Counted from the first letter of the stretch, positions 19,162 through 32,038 are shown. The stretch is DNA of 64,000 bases from Vicinamibacterales bacterium (GCA_963663195.1 OY760136.1:1146070-1210069), one strand, 5' to 3'. Program-made: numbers and translations. Notes: generated by a model from the sequence alone, not told the origin.

Positions 19162-21006
19162 ATGTGCGGCATCATCGGCTATCTCGGCGACAAGGAGGTC
19201 GTGCCGGTCCTGTTCGACGGACTCCGCAGGCTGGAGTACCGCGGCTACGACTCCGCCGGCATCGCGCTCGCGCGCAGCGGCCGCATTGAGGTTCGGCGCA
19301 GCGCAGGCAAGCTGGCGCAACTCGAGCAGGCGGTCCGCGCGGATCCCGTCACCGGCGACTACGGCGTCGGGCACACCCGCTGGGCCACGCACGGCCGACC
19401 GACCGAAGAGAACGCCCACCCGCACCGCGACTGCACCGGCCGCCTGGTCGTCGTGCACAACGGCATCATCGAGAACCACCGCGAGCTCAAGCGCCGACTG
19501 CAGGCGGACGGCCACCGCTTCGAGACCGAGACCGACACCGAGGTGGTGGCGCATCTCGTCGAGCACGAGCGGCGCGGCGACGGCCTCGAGAGCGCCGTCC
19601 GACGTGCCCTGCCGCAGCTCCGCGGCCTGTTCGGGCTGGTGCTGATCGCCGCCGACGACCCGGACAAGATCATCGCCGTCCGCAACGGACCGCCGCTCGT
19701 CGTGGGCATGGGCGAAGGCGAGTTCATCGTCGCCTCCGACATCCCCGCGGTGCTGGGCCACACGAGGGACGTGGTGTTCCTCGGCGAACAGGAGCTGGCC
19801 GTCATCACCCGGACGCAGGTGGCGTTCACGGACTTCGCCGGCAGCGCCGTCTCGAAGGCGACGCAGCGGATCCGCTGGGATCCGATGCTGGCGGAGAAGG
19901 CCGGCCACAAGCACTTCATGCTCAAGGAGATCTTCGAGCAGCCCTGGGCGATTCAGGAGACGCTGCTCGGGCGCATGTCCGAGGAACAGGGCGAAGTGCG
20001 GCTCGGCGAGCTCGACCTGTCCGACGACATGCTGCGCGCCGTCGATCAGGTGGTCATCCTCGCCTGCGGCACGTCCTGGATTGCCGGGCAGGTCGGGAAG
20101 TTCCTGTTCGAGCAGATCGCCGGTGTGCGCACCGATGTCGACTACGGCTCCGAGTACCGTTACCGCCGGCCGATTGCCGACGAGCGTACGCTGGCGCTCG
20201 TCATCACCCAGTCGGGCGAGACAGCCGATACGCTGGCGTCGCTGCGTGAAGCGCGCTCGCGCGGCACGCCGAGCATCGCCATCTGCAACGTCGTCGGCAG
20301 CATGGTCACGCGGGTCGCCGACGCGGCGCTGTACACGCACGCCGGACCGGAGATCGGCGTGGCCTCGACCAAGGCGTTCACCTCGCAGCTCGTGGCGCTG
20401 ATCCTCCTGGCGTTGCACCTGGGCCGCGTGCGCGGCGCCGTGGACGCCGACGACGCGCGGCGGCACATCGCGGCGCTGAACCAGTTGCCCGGTCTCGTCC
20501 AGCACACGCTCGGGTGCGACGCCGCCGTCGCCTCCATAGCGAAGCGCTTCTACCGGCGCACCGACTTCCTATATCTCGGCCGCGGCATCAACTACCCCAT
20601 CGCGCTCGAAGGGGCGCTCAAGCTGAAGGAAATCTCCTACATCCACGCGGAGGGGTATCCGGCCGGCGAGCTGAAGCACGGCCCGATCGCGCTCATAGAC
20701 GAGAACCTGCCGGTCGTGGCGCTGGCGCCCGGCGGACCGGTGTTTCCCAAGATGATGAGCAACCTGGAGGAAGTGAAGGCCCGCGGCGGCACCGTGATTG
20801 TCGTCACCGACACCGATCCGGAGGCGTTCGCCGACATGCTCGATCCCGAACGGGACGCCGTGGTGCCGATTCCGGCCGCCGCGCCGCACCTTTCGCCAAT
20901 CCTCTCGGTGGTCCCGCTGCAGCTCCTCGCGTACCACATCGGCGTGCTGCGAGGCTGCGACGTTGACCAGCCGCGCAACCTCGCCAAGAGCGTCACGGTC
21001 GAGTAG
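19162..21006 (+). CDS. glmS: glutamine--fructose-6-phosphate aminotransferase
   Basis: 614 aa. MCGIIGY N-terminal nucleophile, two SIS domains, C-terminal ...NLAKSVTVE. Confidence 0.96.
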   Translation: MCGIIGYLGDKEVVPVLFDGLRRLEYRGYDSAGIALARSGRIEVRRSAGKLAQLEQAVRADPVTGDYGVGHTRWATHGRPTEENAHPHRDCTGRLVVVHNGIIENHRELKRRLQADGHRFETETDTEVVAHLVEHERRGDGLESAVRRALPQLRGLFGLVLIAADDPDKIIAVRNGPPLVVGMGEGEFIVASDIPAVLGHTRDVVFLGEQELAVITRTQVAFTDFAGSAVSKATQRIRWDPMLAEKAGHKHFMLKEIFEQPWAIQETLLGRMSEEQGEVRLGELDLSDDMLRAVDQVVILACGTSWIAGQVGKFLFEQIAGVRTDVDYGSEYRYRRPIADERTLALVITQSGETADTLASLREARSRGTPSIAICNVVGSMVTRVADAALYTHAGPEIGVASTKAFTSQLVALILLALHLGRVRGAVDADDARRHIAALNQLPGLVQHTLGCDAAVASIAKRFYRRTDFLYLGRGINYPIALEGALKLKEISYIHAEGYPAGELKHGPIALIDENLPVVALAPGGPVFPKMMSNLEEVKARGGTVIVVTDTDPEAFADMLDPERDAVVPIPAAAPHLSPILSVVPLQLLAYHIGVLRGCDVDQPRNLAKSVTVE

Positions 21007-21008
21007 GC

Positions 21009-23243
21009 GTGCAATTCCTCGAGGAGCTGAACCCGGAACAGCGGCAGGCGGTGTTGCATCGCGACGGTCCGCTGCTGATCCTGGCGGGCGCCGGCTCGGG
21101 CAAGACGCGCGTCATCGCGTACCGCGCGGCGTATCTGATCGGCGACGGACACGCGGCCCCGGACGAGGTGCTGGCCGTCACGTTCACCAACAAGGCGGCC
21201 GAGGAGATGCGCGAGCGGATCGAGCGGCTGCTCGGATCGCGCCCGCAGCGGCTCTGGCTGTCGACGTTCCACGCCTTCTGCGCGCGCCTGTTGCGGCGCG
21301 AGGCGCCGCTCGTCAACCTGTCGCCGAATTTCGTCATCTACGACTCGTCGGACCAGTTGGCGGTGGTGCGGCGGGCCATGGCCGAGCTCGCCATCGACGA
21401 GCGGACGACCAACCCGCGCGCCGTCCGGGCGCGCATCAGCGAGGCGAAGAACCGGATGGAGGACGCCGCCGACATCCGCGCGAGCGGGCAGGGGTTCCGC
21501 GACGAGCAGCTGGCGCGCGTCTACGAGCGCTACGAGGCGGCTCTCGCCGGCGCCAATGCGCTCGACTTCGACGATCTGCTGCTCAAGACGGTGGCGCTGT
21601 TCGACTCGTCCGAATCGGCGCGCAGCCGCTACACCGAACAGTTCCGCTACGTCATGGTCGACGAGTACCAGGACACGAACCGCCCGCAGTACGAGTTGAT
21701 CCGGCACCTGGCGTCCCACCGCAACCTGTGTGTGGTTGGCGACCCGGATCAGTCAATCTACAAGTGGCGCGGCGCCGACATCCGCAACATCCTGGACTTC
21801 GAGCAGGACTTCCCCGAAACGGTCGTCGTCCGGCTCGAGCGCAACTACCGCTCCACGCAGGTGATCCTGGACGCCGCCAGCGGCCTGATCAGCCGCAACC
21901 GCAGCCGCCGGGACAAGCGGCTCTGGACGGATCGCGCGGCGGGCGACCAGATCGTCTGCCACCGCGCCCAGGACGAGCTGGAGGAGGCGGACTTCGTGGT
22001 CCGGCGTCTGCGGCAGGCGCTGGCCCGCGGGAACGACGCGGCGGCGGTCCTGTACCGGACGAATGCGCAGTCGCGGGCGATCGAGGACACGCTGGTGCGG
22101 GAAGGCGTCCACTACCGCATCGTCGGCGGCGTCCGCTTCTACGAGCGGAAGGAGATCAAGGACGCGCTGTCGTTCCTGAAGCTGGCGATCGAGCCGGAGG
22201 ACGACGTAAGCATGCGGCGGGTCATCAACGTGCCGCCGCGCGGTATCGGCAAGGGCGTCATGGAGGCGCTCGATCAACTCGCCGACGCCGAAGACGCGCC
22301 GCTCTTCGCCGACGCCGGCGCGGACCGGCGGCGGCCGTCCCTGTGGGCGCGAATCGGCCGCGCCGTCGACGAGCGGCTGGTGCCGGCGCGCGGCGCCGCC
22401 GCCCTCGGCCGTTTCCGTACGCTACTGCAGGAGCTGGCCGCCATTGCCGCGACCGAGTCCGCGTCGGTCACGCTGGAGCGGATTCTGGAGCGGACCGGCT
22501 ACCTGCAGGCCTTGCAGGAGGCCGGCACGGAGGAGGCGGAGGGCCGCGTGGCCAACCTGGCGGAAATGGTTTCGGCAGCCCGCGACTACGAGGTGCGGGA
22601 GACGGATGCCAGCCTGCCCGGCTACATCGACCAGGTGTCGCTGCGTTCCGAGACGGATGACGAGAACGGCGCCGCCGACGCGCGCGTCTGGCTGATGACG
22701 CTGCACGCCGCCAAGGGGCTGGAGTTTCCGCTCGTGATCATCTCCGGCATGGAGGAGCGCCTGTTTCCCCACGCGCGATCGACCACGGACGACGCCGAGC
22801 TCGAGGAGGAGCGCCGCCTGTGCTACGTCGGCATGACGCGGGCGCAGTCGCAGCTCGTGCTGACCAGCGCGGCGCGGCGGCGTGTGTTCGGCGAATACCG
22901 CTCCACCGAGCCGTCCCGGTTTCTCGACGAGATTCCGCCGGAGTTGGTCGAGACCGTCCCCGGGGCGAGCTTCCAGCCGCCCGAGCGGCGGCGGTCCGGG
23001 GCGTTCGGGCGGCAGTGGGAGCGCACCAACGACGCGGCGGCGGCCTTCGACGACGCCGATGAAGACCAGTCGCCCCCCGACGGCCAGGTCCGGCCCGGCA
23101 TGCGCGTCCGCCACGACACCTTCGGCGTCGGTGTCGTCGCGGCGGTCGAGCCAATTGTCGGTGATCTCAAGCTCACCGTGCGCTTCGACGGCGTCGGGCA
23201 CAAGAAGCTGCTGGCGCGCTACGCCAGGCTGCGGCCCGCCTGA
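21009..23243 (+). CDS. uvrD: UvrD/PcrA family ATP-dependent DNA helicase
   Basis: 744 aa. LNPEQRQAV, AGAGSGKT (Walker A), VDEYQDTN, TLHAAKGLEF and YVGMTRA helicase motifs. Confidence 0.92.
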   Translation: MQFLEELNPEQRQAVLHRDGPLLILAGAGSGKTRVIAYRAAYLIGDGHAAPDEVLAVTFTNKAAEEMRERIERLLGSRPQRLWLSTFHAFCARLLRREAPLVNLSPNFVIYDSSDQLAVVRRAMAELAIDERTTNPRAVRARISEAKNRMEDAADIRASGQGFRDEQLARVYERYEAALAGANALDFDDLLLKTVALFDSSESARSRYTEQFRYVMVDEYQDTNRPQYELIRHLASHRNLCVVGDPDQSIYKWRGADIRNILDFEQDFPETVVVRLERNYRSTQVILDAASGLISRNRSRRDKRLWTDRAAGDQIVCHRAQDELEEADFVVRRLRQALARGNDAAAVLYRTNAQSRAIEDTLVREGVHYRIVGGVRFYERKEIKDALSFLKLAIEPEDDVSMRRVINVPPRGIGKGVMEALDQLADAEDAPLFADAGADRRRPSLWARIGRAVDERLVPARGAAALGRFRTLLQELAAIAATESASVTLERILERTGYLQALQEAGTEEAEGRVANLAEMVSAARDYEVRETDASLPGYIDQVSLRSETDDENGAADARVWLMTLHAAKGLEFPLVIISGMEERLFPHARSTTDDAELEEERRLCYVGMTRAQSQLVLTSAARRRVFGEYRSTEPSRFLDEIPPELVETVPGASFQPPERRRSGAFGRQWERTNDAAAAFDDADEDQSPPDGQVRPGMRVRHDTFGVGVVAAVEPIVGDLKLTVRFDGVGHKKLLARYARLRPA

Positions 23244-23277
23244 TGGTCGTCAGCTGCTGCCCTTGACGGGACCGTTG

Positions 23278-24000
23278 TCAGGAGTCGATGGCCGTGATGA
23301 TCCAGCGGCCCTCGATCATACCGTCGGCGGCGTTGAGCTCCACGCGCTGGAGCGTAATGACCAGAGTCCGGTCTTCCTCGCTGCCGCCCTGCTCCACCGC
23401 GGCGGTGATGGTGACCTCCTTGGTCAACAGCTCTCCGTCGAGGCTCTGCACGTCGATGGGGTCGTTCGGGTCGTAGGCGCTGACGGTCGCCACGGAGCTC
23501 TCGGCGGCCAGATCGTTCTCGGCGTCCGCGACCGCGCGCGAGCGCCCCTGGGAATCCTCGCGCCACTTGGTCCACGCTTCCTGCACATCCCGGTCGCGGG
23601 ACCTGACGTCTTCATCGGCCCGCTCGGCCTCGATGACGCGGGCGATGGCGTCCAGATTCTCGTCCTGATACGTCTTCATCTCGGCCGCGAAGGTGCGCTG
23701 GTCCTGCTGCGCCTGCGCCAGCGCGGCAGTCAACTCGCGCATCCGCAGCGGCCGGCGCTGCTCCTCGGTGATGCTCTCGATGTCGAAGCTGCCGACGGTG
23801 CCATCGGTGTCCGGGTTGAACGCCACCATGGAAACGCCGCCCAGGGTGGTGCGGTCGTTGAACCGCGACGCCCGGAAGAAACTGCTTATCAAGGACTGCT
23901 CTTCACCGCCGCCGCCGCACGCGGTCAGGGATCCGCCGATGGCCAGAACCAAAGAGACGAACAGGCTTATTTTGGCTCTCGACAACTTCCACCCGGACAT
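23278..24000 (-). CDS. lipoprotein of unknown function
   Basis: 240 aa. Lipobox LTAC after a hydrophobic signal. Acidic coiled-coil-like middle. No recognisable family. Confidence 0.55.
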   Translation of the reverse strand: MSGWKLSRAKISLFVSLVLAIGGSLTACGGGGEEQSLISSFFRASRFNDRTTLGGVSMVAFNPDTDGTVGSFDIESITEEQRRPLRMRELTAALAQAQQDQRTFAAEMKTYQDENLDAIARVIEAERADEDVRSRDRDVQEAWTKWREDSQGRSRAVADAENDLAAESSVATVSAYDPNDPIDVQSLDGELLTKEVTITAAVEQGGSEEDRTLVITLQRVELNAADGMIEGRWIITAIDS

Positions 24001-24037
24001 GGTCTGCCTCCCCTCGAGCTACGATCCTGGCTGTCGG

Positions 24038-26545
24038 TTACTGCTGCTGGCGCAAAGACGCCGACGCGTCGGCGTTCTGTTCGCCATTGTCGTCCGTGTT
24101 CTTCTCCACGAGCCTGGCGACCGCCACGACGCCGTCCGCCTGGTCGATCTCGATCAGCCGGACTCCCTGAGTCGTCCGGCCAATGGGACGAATGTCGCTG
24201 GCGACCATCCGGATGATCTTGCCCTGCTGGGTGACCAGCATCAACTCGTCGTCGTCCTCCACATAGACCACGCCGACGACCCGCCCGTTCCGCGGACTCG
24301 GGTGGATGCTTATGATACCGAGTCCCCCCCGCGAATGCACGCTGTATTCGTCTAGCGACGTCCGCTTTCCGTAGCCGCGCTCGGTGACGCTCAGCACCGT
24401 ACCGTCCGGACGAGGAACGGTCACCGCCACTACCTCGTCGTCCGCCCGCAGCCGGATGCCGCGTACGCCACCGGCTATGCGCCCCCTCGTTCGCACGTCG
24501 GTCTCCGGGAAGCGGATCGCCTTGCCGGTGCGCGTGCCCATGAAGATCTCGCCGCCGCCGCCGCTCAGCTCAGCGCCCACCATGACATCGTCGTCGCGCA
24601 GCAGCATCGCGATGATCCCGTTGGCGCGCAGATGCCTGAAATCGTGGAGGTCGACCCGCTTGACCACGCCGCGCCGCGTGCCCATCACGACAAAGCGGCC
24701 GCCGGGCTCGGCCGGAAAATCCCGTACGGTCTCGAGTGCTGCGATCTTCTCGTCGGGACGCAGCGACACCAGGTTGGCGATCGCCTTGCCGCGACCGGCC
24801 GGGCCGACATCCGGGATGCGGTGCACCTTGAGCTTGTACATCCGGCCGCGCGTGGTGAAAATCAGGATGTACGCATGCGTCGACGCGATGAAGACGTGGG
24901 TCAGGAAATCCTCGTTCCGCGTGCGCATCCCGAGCCGGCCCTTGCCGCCGCGGCGCTGGTTGCGGTACTGCGTCACGGCCGTGCGCTTGATGTATCCGGT
25001 GTTGCTGACCGTGATGGCGACGTCCTCGTCGGCGATCAGGTCCTCGATGCTGAAATCGCCTTCCGCCTCGATGATCTCCGTGCGCCGCTCGTCGCCATAC
25101 GACTCCCGCACCTCCCGCAGCTCGTCGACGACGATCTCCATCAGCAGCGCATCGCTCTCCAGGATGGCGCGCAGCCGTTCTATCGTCCGGTGCAGGTCGG
25201 CCAGCTCGTCGAGCACCTTCTGCCGCTCGAGTCCGGTCAGGCGCTGCAGCTGCATGTCGAGGATGGCCTGCGCCTGAATCTCGCTGAGCGGGAAATTGGC
25301 GACCAGGCCGAGCCGCGCCTCCGGCGGCGTCTTCGATGCCCGGATGAGGGAGATCACCGCGTCGAGGTGGTCGAGCGCGGTCTTGAGCCCCTCCAGGATG
25401 TGTGCGCGGGCCTCCGCTTTCCGCAGGTCGTGCTCGGTGCGGCGCCGCACCACGTCGCGCCGGAAGTCGATGAAGCGGTCGATGAGATCGAGCAGCGGCA
25501 GCTCACGCGGACGGCCGTCGGCGATGGCGAGGGTGATGATCCCGAACGACGTCTGCAGCTGGGTGTGCTTGTGCAGGTTGTTCAGCAGCACCTCCGGCAC
25601 CTCGCCGCGGCGCAGCTCGATCACGACGCGCATGCCGTCGCGGTCGGACTCGTCGCGCAGATCGGCGATGCCCTCGATCACCTTGTCGCGCGCCAGCTCC
25701 GCGATCTTCTTGAGCAGCCGGGCCTTGTTGACCTGATACGGGATTTCGGTGACGACAATCGCCTTCCGCTCGCCCTTGCCGCGCTCCTCAATCGCGGTGC
25801 GCGCCCGCATGGTGATGCTCCCGCGGCCGGTGTGGTACGCCTCCGCGATGCCGGCCCGGCCGACGATGAACCCGCCGGTCGGGAAATCGGGGCCGGGGAT
25901 CAGCCGCAGCAGCTCGCGCACCTTCTCGAGTCGCGGCGCATCGGCGTGCTCCGCCACCCAGACGGTGCCGTCGATCACCTCGCGCAGGTTGTGCGGGGGA
26001 ATGTTGGTAGCCATGCCCACCGCGATGCCGGCCGAGCCGTTCACCAGCAGGTTGGGGTACGGCGCCGGCAGAACGGTCGGCTCGCTGGTCGTTTCGTCGT
26101 AGTTCGGGACGAAGTCGACCGTGTCCTTGTCGAGATCGGCCATCAGCTCGTCGGCCAGCGCCTGCAGCCGCGCTTCCGTGTACCGCATCGCCGCGGGCGG
26201 ATCGCCGTCGACCGAGCCGAAGTTGCCCTGGCCGTTCACCAGGGGATAGCGCATGTTGAAGTCCTGCGCCATGCGGACCAGCGTGTCGTAGATCGAGGTG
26301 TCGCCGTGCGGGTGGAAATTGCCCATCACCTCGCCGACGATCTTCGCGCACTTGCGGTAGGTCCGGTTCGAGGCCAGACCCATCGTGCGCATGCCGTACA
26401 CCACCCGTCTATGGGCCGGCTTCAGACCATCGCGTACGTCGGGCAAGGCGCGGCCGACGATGACGCTCATGGCGTAGTCCATGTAGGACCGGCGCATTTC
26501 GTCTTCGATGCTGACGGGAATGTCGGAGCGTTCGATATCGGGCAT
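24038..26545 (-). CDS. gyrA: DNA gyrase subunit A
   Basis: 835 aa. [10 protein letters not shown], the active-site AAMRYTE tyrosine region, C-terminal beta-pinwheel repeats. Confidence 0.97.
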   Translation of the reverse strand: MPDIERSDIPVSIEDEMRRSYMDYAMSVIVGRALPDVRDGLKPAHRRVVYGMRTMGLASNRTYRKCAKIVGEVMGNFHPHGDTSIYDTLVRMAQDFNMRYPLVNGQGNFGSVDGDPPAAMRYTEARLQALADELMADLDKDTVDFVPNYDETTSEPTVLPAPYPNLLVNGSAGIAVGMATNIPPHNLREVIDGTVWVAEHADAPRLEKVRELLRLIPGPDFPTGGFIVGRAGIAEAYHTGRGSITMRARTAIEERGKGERKAIVVTEIPYQVNKARLLKKIAELARDKVIEGIADLRDESDRDGMRVVIELRRGEVPEVLLNNLHKHTQLQTSFGIITLAIADGRPRELPLLDLIDRFIDFRRDVVRRRTEHDLRKAEARAHILEGLKTALDHLDAVISLIRASKTPPEARLGLVANFPLSEIQAQAILDMQLQRLTGLERQKVLDELADLHRTIERLRAILESDALLMEIVVDELREVRESYGDERRTEIIEAEGDFSIEDLIADEDVAITVSNTGYIKRTAVTQYRNQRRGGKGRLGMRTRNEDFLTHVFIASTHAYILIFTTRGRMYKLKVHRIPDVGPAGRGKAIANLVSLRPDEKIAALETVRDFPAEPGGRFVVMGTRRGVVKRVDLHDFRHLRANGIIAMLLRDDDVMVGAELSGGGGEIFMGTRTGKAIRFPETDVRTRGRIAGGVRGIRLRADDEVVAVTVPRPDGTVLSVTERGYGKRTSLDEYSVHSRGGLGIISIHPSPRNGRVVGVVYVEDDDELMLVTQQGKIIRMVASDIRPIGRTTQGVRLIEIDQADGVVAVARLVEKNTDDNGEQNADASASLRQQQ

Positions 26546-26582
26546 GGGGTGCTTCGGCAGCCGGGCTTGCGCGGCTCGTGTG

Positions 26583-29102
<2,520 letters not shown>

Positions 29103-29152
29103 CTAGATCCAGATTCGGCGTTGCTGAGGCACATAAGCCGGGGCGTCGGACA

Positions 29153-30265
29153 TCAGACTCGCATGGGCATGATGACGTAGGTGTAGTCGAATCCGCCGTC
29201 GCCGACCGGGCGCATCACTGCCTGACTCATTTCATCCTTGAACTCGAGGCGCACGCTCTCGGTCTCCGCCACGTTCAGGAAATCCAGGACATACTGCGCG
29301 TTGAAGCAGACATCGAGCGCATCTCCCGCGTACTCGACTGCCAGTGTTTCCGTCGCCTCGCCCACCTCGGGACTGCTGGAGGTGATGTCGATCGTGCCTT
29401 CGGCGAACTTGAACTTGACGGCCCGCGAGCGGTCGCTCGAGAGCAGCGCCACCCTGCGGATCGCGTTCGTCAGCCGGTCACGCTCGAATTCGACCGCCTT
29501 GTCGTTCTGCTTCGGAATCACGCGGTCGTACGCCGGAAACTGCGCATCGATGACGCGCGATACGAGCTGGCGGCCATCGACGTCGAAGAAGAGATGGTTC
29601 TCGCCGCTTTCGAAGCGCACGTCGCCGTCGCCGTCCACCAGCAGCCGCGACAGCTCCCACAGCGTCTTCTTGGGGAGGATGACCCGCACTTCCTCCGCCT
29701 CCTTGTCCTGCGCCTCCCGCTTGGCCGATACCAGCGCCAGACGGTGGCCGTCGGTCGCCACCAGGCACATCTCGTCGGGTCGCAGGATGAACAGTGCGCC
29801 GTTCAGGAAGTAGCGGGTGTCCTCTCCCGTGATCGCAAATTGAGTCCTGCTGACCATCTCGCGGATGGCGTCGCGCGACAACGTGAAGGACGCAGCGCCG
29901 GCCGGCGCTGCGAGCGTCGGAAAATCCTCGCGCGGCAAGGTCTGCATGCGCGAGTCGAACTTCTCCGCGGCGACCCGCACGGCGCCCTTGACCTCCTGCC
30001 GGATGAGGATTTCGGTTTCCGGCAGCGCCCGGACCACCTCGTACAGCTTCTTGGCGGGAACCGTAACCGCACCTTCGGTCCCTATCGTGGCCGCGCAACG
30101 GCTGCGCAGCGACACCTCCAGGTCGGTCGCGAGCAGCCGCAACTGGTCCGCTTCCGCTTCCATCAGCACATTCGCAAGCACCGGGATGGTGTTCTTCCGC
30201 TCGACGATTCCCTGAAACAACTGCAGCTCGCGGAGCAAGTCGGTCTTGCGAACCTTGAGTTCCAT
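29153..30265 (-). CDS. dnaN: DNA polymerase III subunit beta (sliding clamp)
   Basis: Track ORF 29153..30301 trimmed to the ATG at 30263-30265 (MELKVRKTDLLRELQLFQGIVERKNTIPVLANVL...). 370 aa, three clamp domains. Confidence 0.95.
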   Translation of the reverse strand: MELKVRKTDLLRELQLFQGIVERKNTIPVLANVLMEAEADQLRLLATDLEVSLRSRCAATIGTEGAVTVPAKKLYEVVRALPETEILIRQEVKGAVRVAAEKFDSRMQTLPREDFPTLAAPAGAASFTLSRDAIREMVSRTQFAITGEDTRYFLNGALFILRPDEMCLVATDGHRLALVSAKREAQDKEAEEVRVILPKKTLWELSRLLVDGDGDVRFESGENHLFFDVDGRQLVSRVIDAQFPAYDRVIPKQNDKAVEFERDRLTNAIRRVALLSSDRSRAVKFKFAEGTIDITSSSPEVGEATETLAVEYAGDALDVCFNAQYVLDFLNVAETESVRLEFKDEMSQAVMRPVGDGGFDYTYVIMPMRV

Positions 30266-30301
30266 GTGATGAATAACCTTGGTTGAGGGAGCCCGCACCA
30301 A

Positions 30302-30543
30302 CGATCAGGAAGCTTTCCGTAATCGTTGGAAGAAGTATGAAGAATTATAAACAAGATCAAGAGTTGATTCCAAGTGCGGACGGTATCCGCAAAACATTGA
30401 AAACAGGATGTTTAGAGATACGGAAACTGTGGATGTCCGGGACGTTTCCACGGCGCGCGCTGTGGATGCCCGTGGATCCACTATCCATGACACGCCGATC
30501 GGTGTGGGCAGTGTGGAAAACGGGCAGCGCGGACCGCTTTCCA
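30302..30543. other. candidate oriC: AT-rich unwinding island plus DnaA-box cluster
   Basis: 30326-30375 is about 30% G+C by my count, inside an otherwise very GC-rich window. DnaA-box-like 9-mers: TGTGGATGT 30428-30436, TGTGGATGC 30461-30469, TGTGGAAAA 30512-30520 (matches TTWTNCACA on the other strand). Weaker: GTTTCCACG 30444-30452 and CTTTCCACT 30537-30545. Located between dnaA and dnaN. Confidence 0.6.
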
Positions 30544-31644
30544 CTAGTTGATTGACTGCGTCAAGTTGTTGATGTGGGTGTGGAATGTGCGGTCCTGCTT
30601 GCACTGCTTATCGATCTTGCGGATGGAGTGAATGACGGTGGAGTGATGCTTGCCGCCGAAGCTGCGGCCGATCTCCGGGAGCGACTTGTTGGTAAGCGAC
30701 TTCGACAGGTACATGGCGATCTGCCGCGGCAGCGTGACTGCTTTCGAGTTGTTGCGGGACTTCAGCTCGGCCACCTTGAGCTTGTAGTGGCCGGCCACCC
30801 GTTTCTGGATCATCTCGATCGTCACCACCTTCTTGTCGCTGTGGTCGATGAGGTCGCTCAGCACGTCCTCGGCCACCGTCAGCGAGATGGACGAGCCCGT
30901 CAGCGAGGCGAAAGCGATGAGCCGGATCAGGGAGCCTTCGAGCTCGCGCACGTTCGACTTGATGGCGCCGGCGATGTACAGCGCCACGTCGTCCGGGAGC
31001 GGCGCACCTTCGGCGGCCGCCTTCTTCTTCAGGATGGCGACCTTGGTTTCGAGGTCCGGCGGCTGGATGTCGGCGATCAGTCCCCACTCGAAGCGGGAAC
31101 GCAGGCGTTCTTCGAGCGCGGGGATCTGGTTCGGCGGACAGTCGCTGCTGATCACGATTTGCTTCTGCGCGTCGTACAGCGAGTTGAACGTGTGGAAGAA
31201 CTCGGTTTGCGTGCCTTCCTTGCCGGCCAGGAACTGGACGTCGTCGACGAGCAGCACGTCGATGCTGCGGTAGCGCGCGCGGAAGTCGAGAATGCGGTCG
31301 TAGCGCAGCGAGTTGATCATCTCGTTCATGAAGCGCTCGGACGAGATGTACAACAGCTTGATGTCCGGCAGGTGCCGCTGGAGATACTGGCCGATCGCGT
31401 GCATCAGGTGCGTCTTGCCGAGCCCCACGCCGCCATACAGAAACAGTGGGTTGTACGAGCGGGACGGCGCCTCGGCGACCGCCTGGGCCGCCGCGTGGGC
31501 GAACTGGTTCGAGGACCCGACGACGAACGTATCGAACGTGTAGCGCGATCTCAGTCCGGTCGATGCCCGCGGCGCGGATTCACCACCCCCGTCAGCAAGC
31601 GGCGCGCCAGATTCTGTGACCATGTCCGCCTCATTGCCGGTCAC
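30544..31644 (-). CDS. dnaA: chromosomal replication initiator DnaA (domains III-IV; N-terminus anomalous)
   Basis: 366-aa ORF from GTG at 31642-31644. Contains [20 protein letters not shown], Walker [11 protein letters not shown], and the C-terminal DNA-binding helix-turn-helix ([14 protein letters not shown]...[11 protein letters not shown]). Only about 35 aa precede domain III, so domain I is not encoded in this ORF (see findings). Confidence 0.85.
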   Translation of the reverse strand: MTGNEADMVTESGAPLADGGGESAPRASTGLRSRYTFDTFVVGSSNQFAHAAAQAVAEAPSRSYNPLFLYGGVGLGKTHLMHAIGQYLQRHLPDIKLLYISSERFMNEMINSLRYDRILDFRARYRSIDVLLVDDVQFLAGKEGTQTEFFHTFNSLYDAQKQIVISSDCPPNQIPALEERLRSRFEWGLIADIQPPDLETKVAILKKKAAAEGAPLPDDVALYIAGAIKSNVRELEGSLIRLIAFASLTGSSISLTVAEDVLSDLIDHSDKKVVTIEMIQKRVAGHYKLKVAELKSRNNSKAVTLPRQIAMYLSKSLTNKSLPEIGRSFGGKHHSTVIHSIRKIDKQCKQDRTFHTHINNLTQSIN

Positions 31645-31864
31645 GAACGCAAGCCGGACCCCCGTCCGGTCGAGTTTCGATACCGCCTTGTCGATGATGC
31701 CCCCACGGCATCCGCTCGACCGCTTCCTGAACAGGCTGCCCGAAACCCGAAACCGCGCGCAAAGGCATATGCCTGCACCAACGCGTGAATTCCGTACTCC
31801 GGCATCGCTTCACACGACTAGGAGGTACGGAAATGGCCCAAAAACAGGGCGTTCTTCAACAATT

Positions 31865-31884
31865 TTTTCCACAGGTGTGGAAAA
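31865..31884. promoter_or_regulatory. inverted pair of DnaA boxes upstream of dnaA
   Basis: TTTTCCACA (31865-31873), GG, TGTGGAAAA (31876-31884). Both fit TTWTNCACA, arranged head-to-head about 220 nt upstream of the dnaA GTG. Confidence 0.6.
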
Positions 31885-31973
31885 CTGAATTGGGGTGGAG
31901 AGCGCTCGAGCGGGAGGGAATGTAACATGTTCGTTTCAGGTAAGCAAACCAACCCCCGCGCCGGGGCCCGGCG

Positions 31974-32003
31974 TTGACTCCGTCGCCAGCCGTTCTTTAT
32001 GAT
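31974..32003 (+). promoter_or_regulatory. sigma70-like promoter candidate for rpmH-rnpA operon
   Basis: TTGACT (31974-31979), 18-nt spacer, TATGAT (31998-32003), about 35 nt upstream of the rpmH ATG, in an AT-richer stretch. Confidence 0.4.
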
Positions 32004-32038
32004 ATACGGCTCACAAACAGTTTGAGATACCGACGGGC

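Noticed and set aside
31833-31925. 30-codon plus-strand ORF (MAQKQGVLQQFFPQVWKTELGWRALEREGM) with a perfect AGGAGG 7 nt upstream of its ATG, in the dnaA-rpmH spacer.
   Set aside because: The ribosome-binding site is striking. However, the ORF overlaps the DnaA-box pair, has poor GC3 for this genome and resembles no known family. Without conservation or expression data I cannot support it as a gene.
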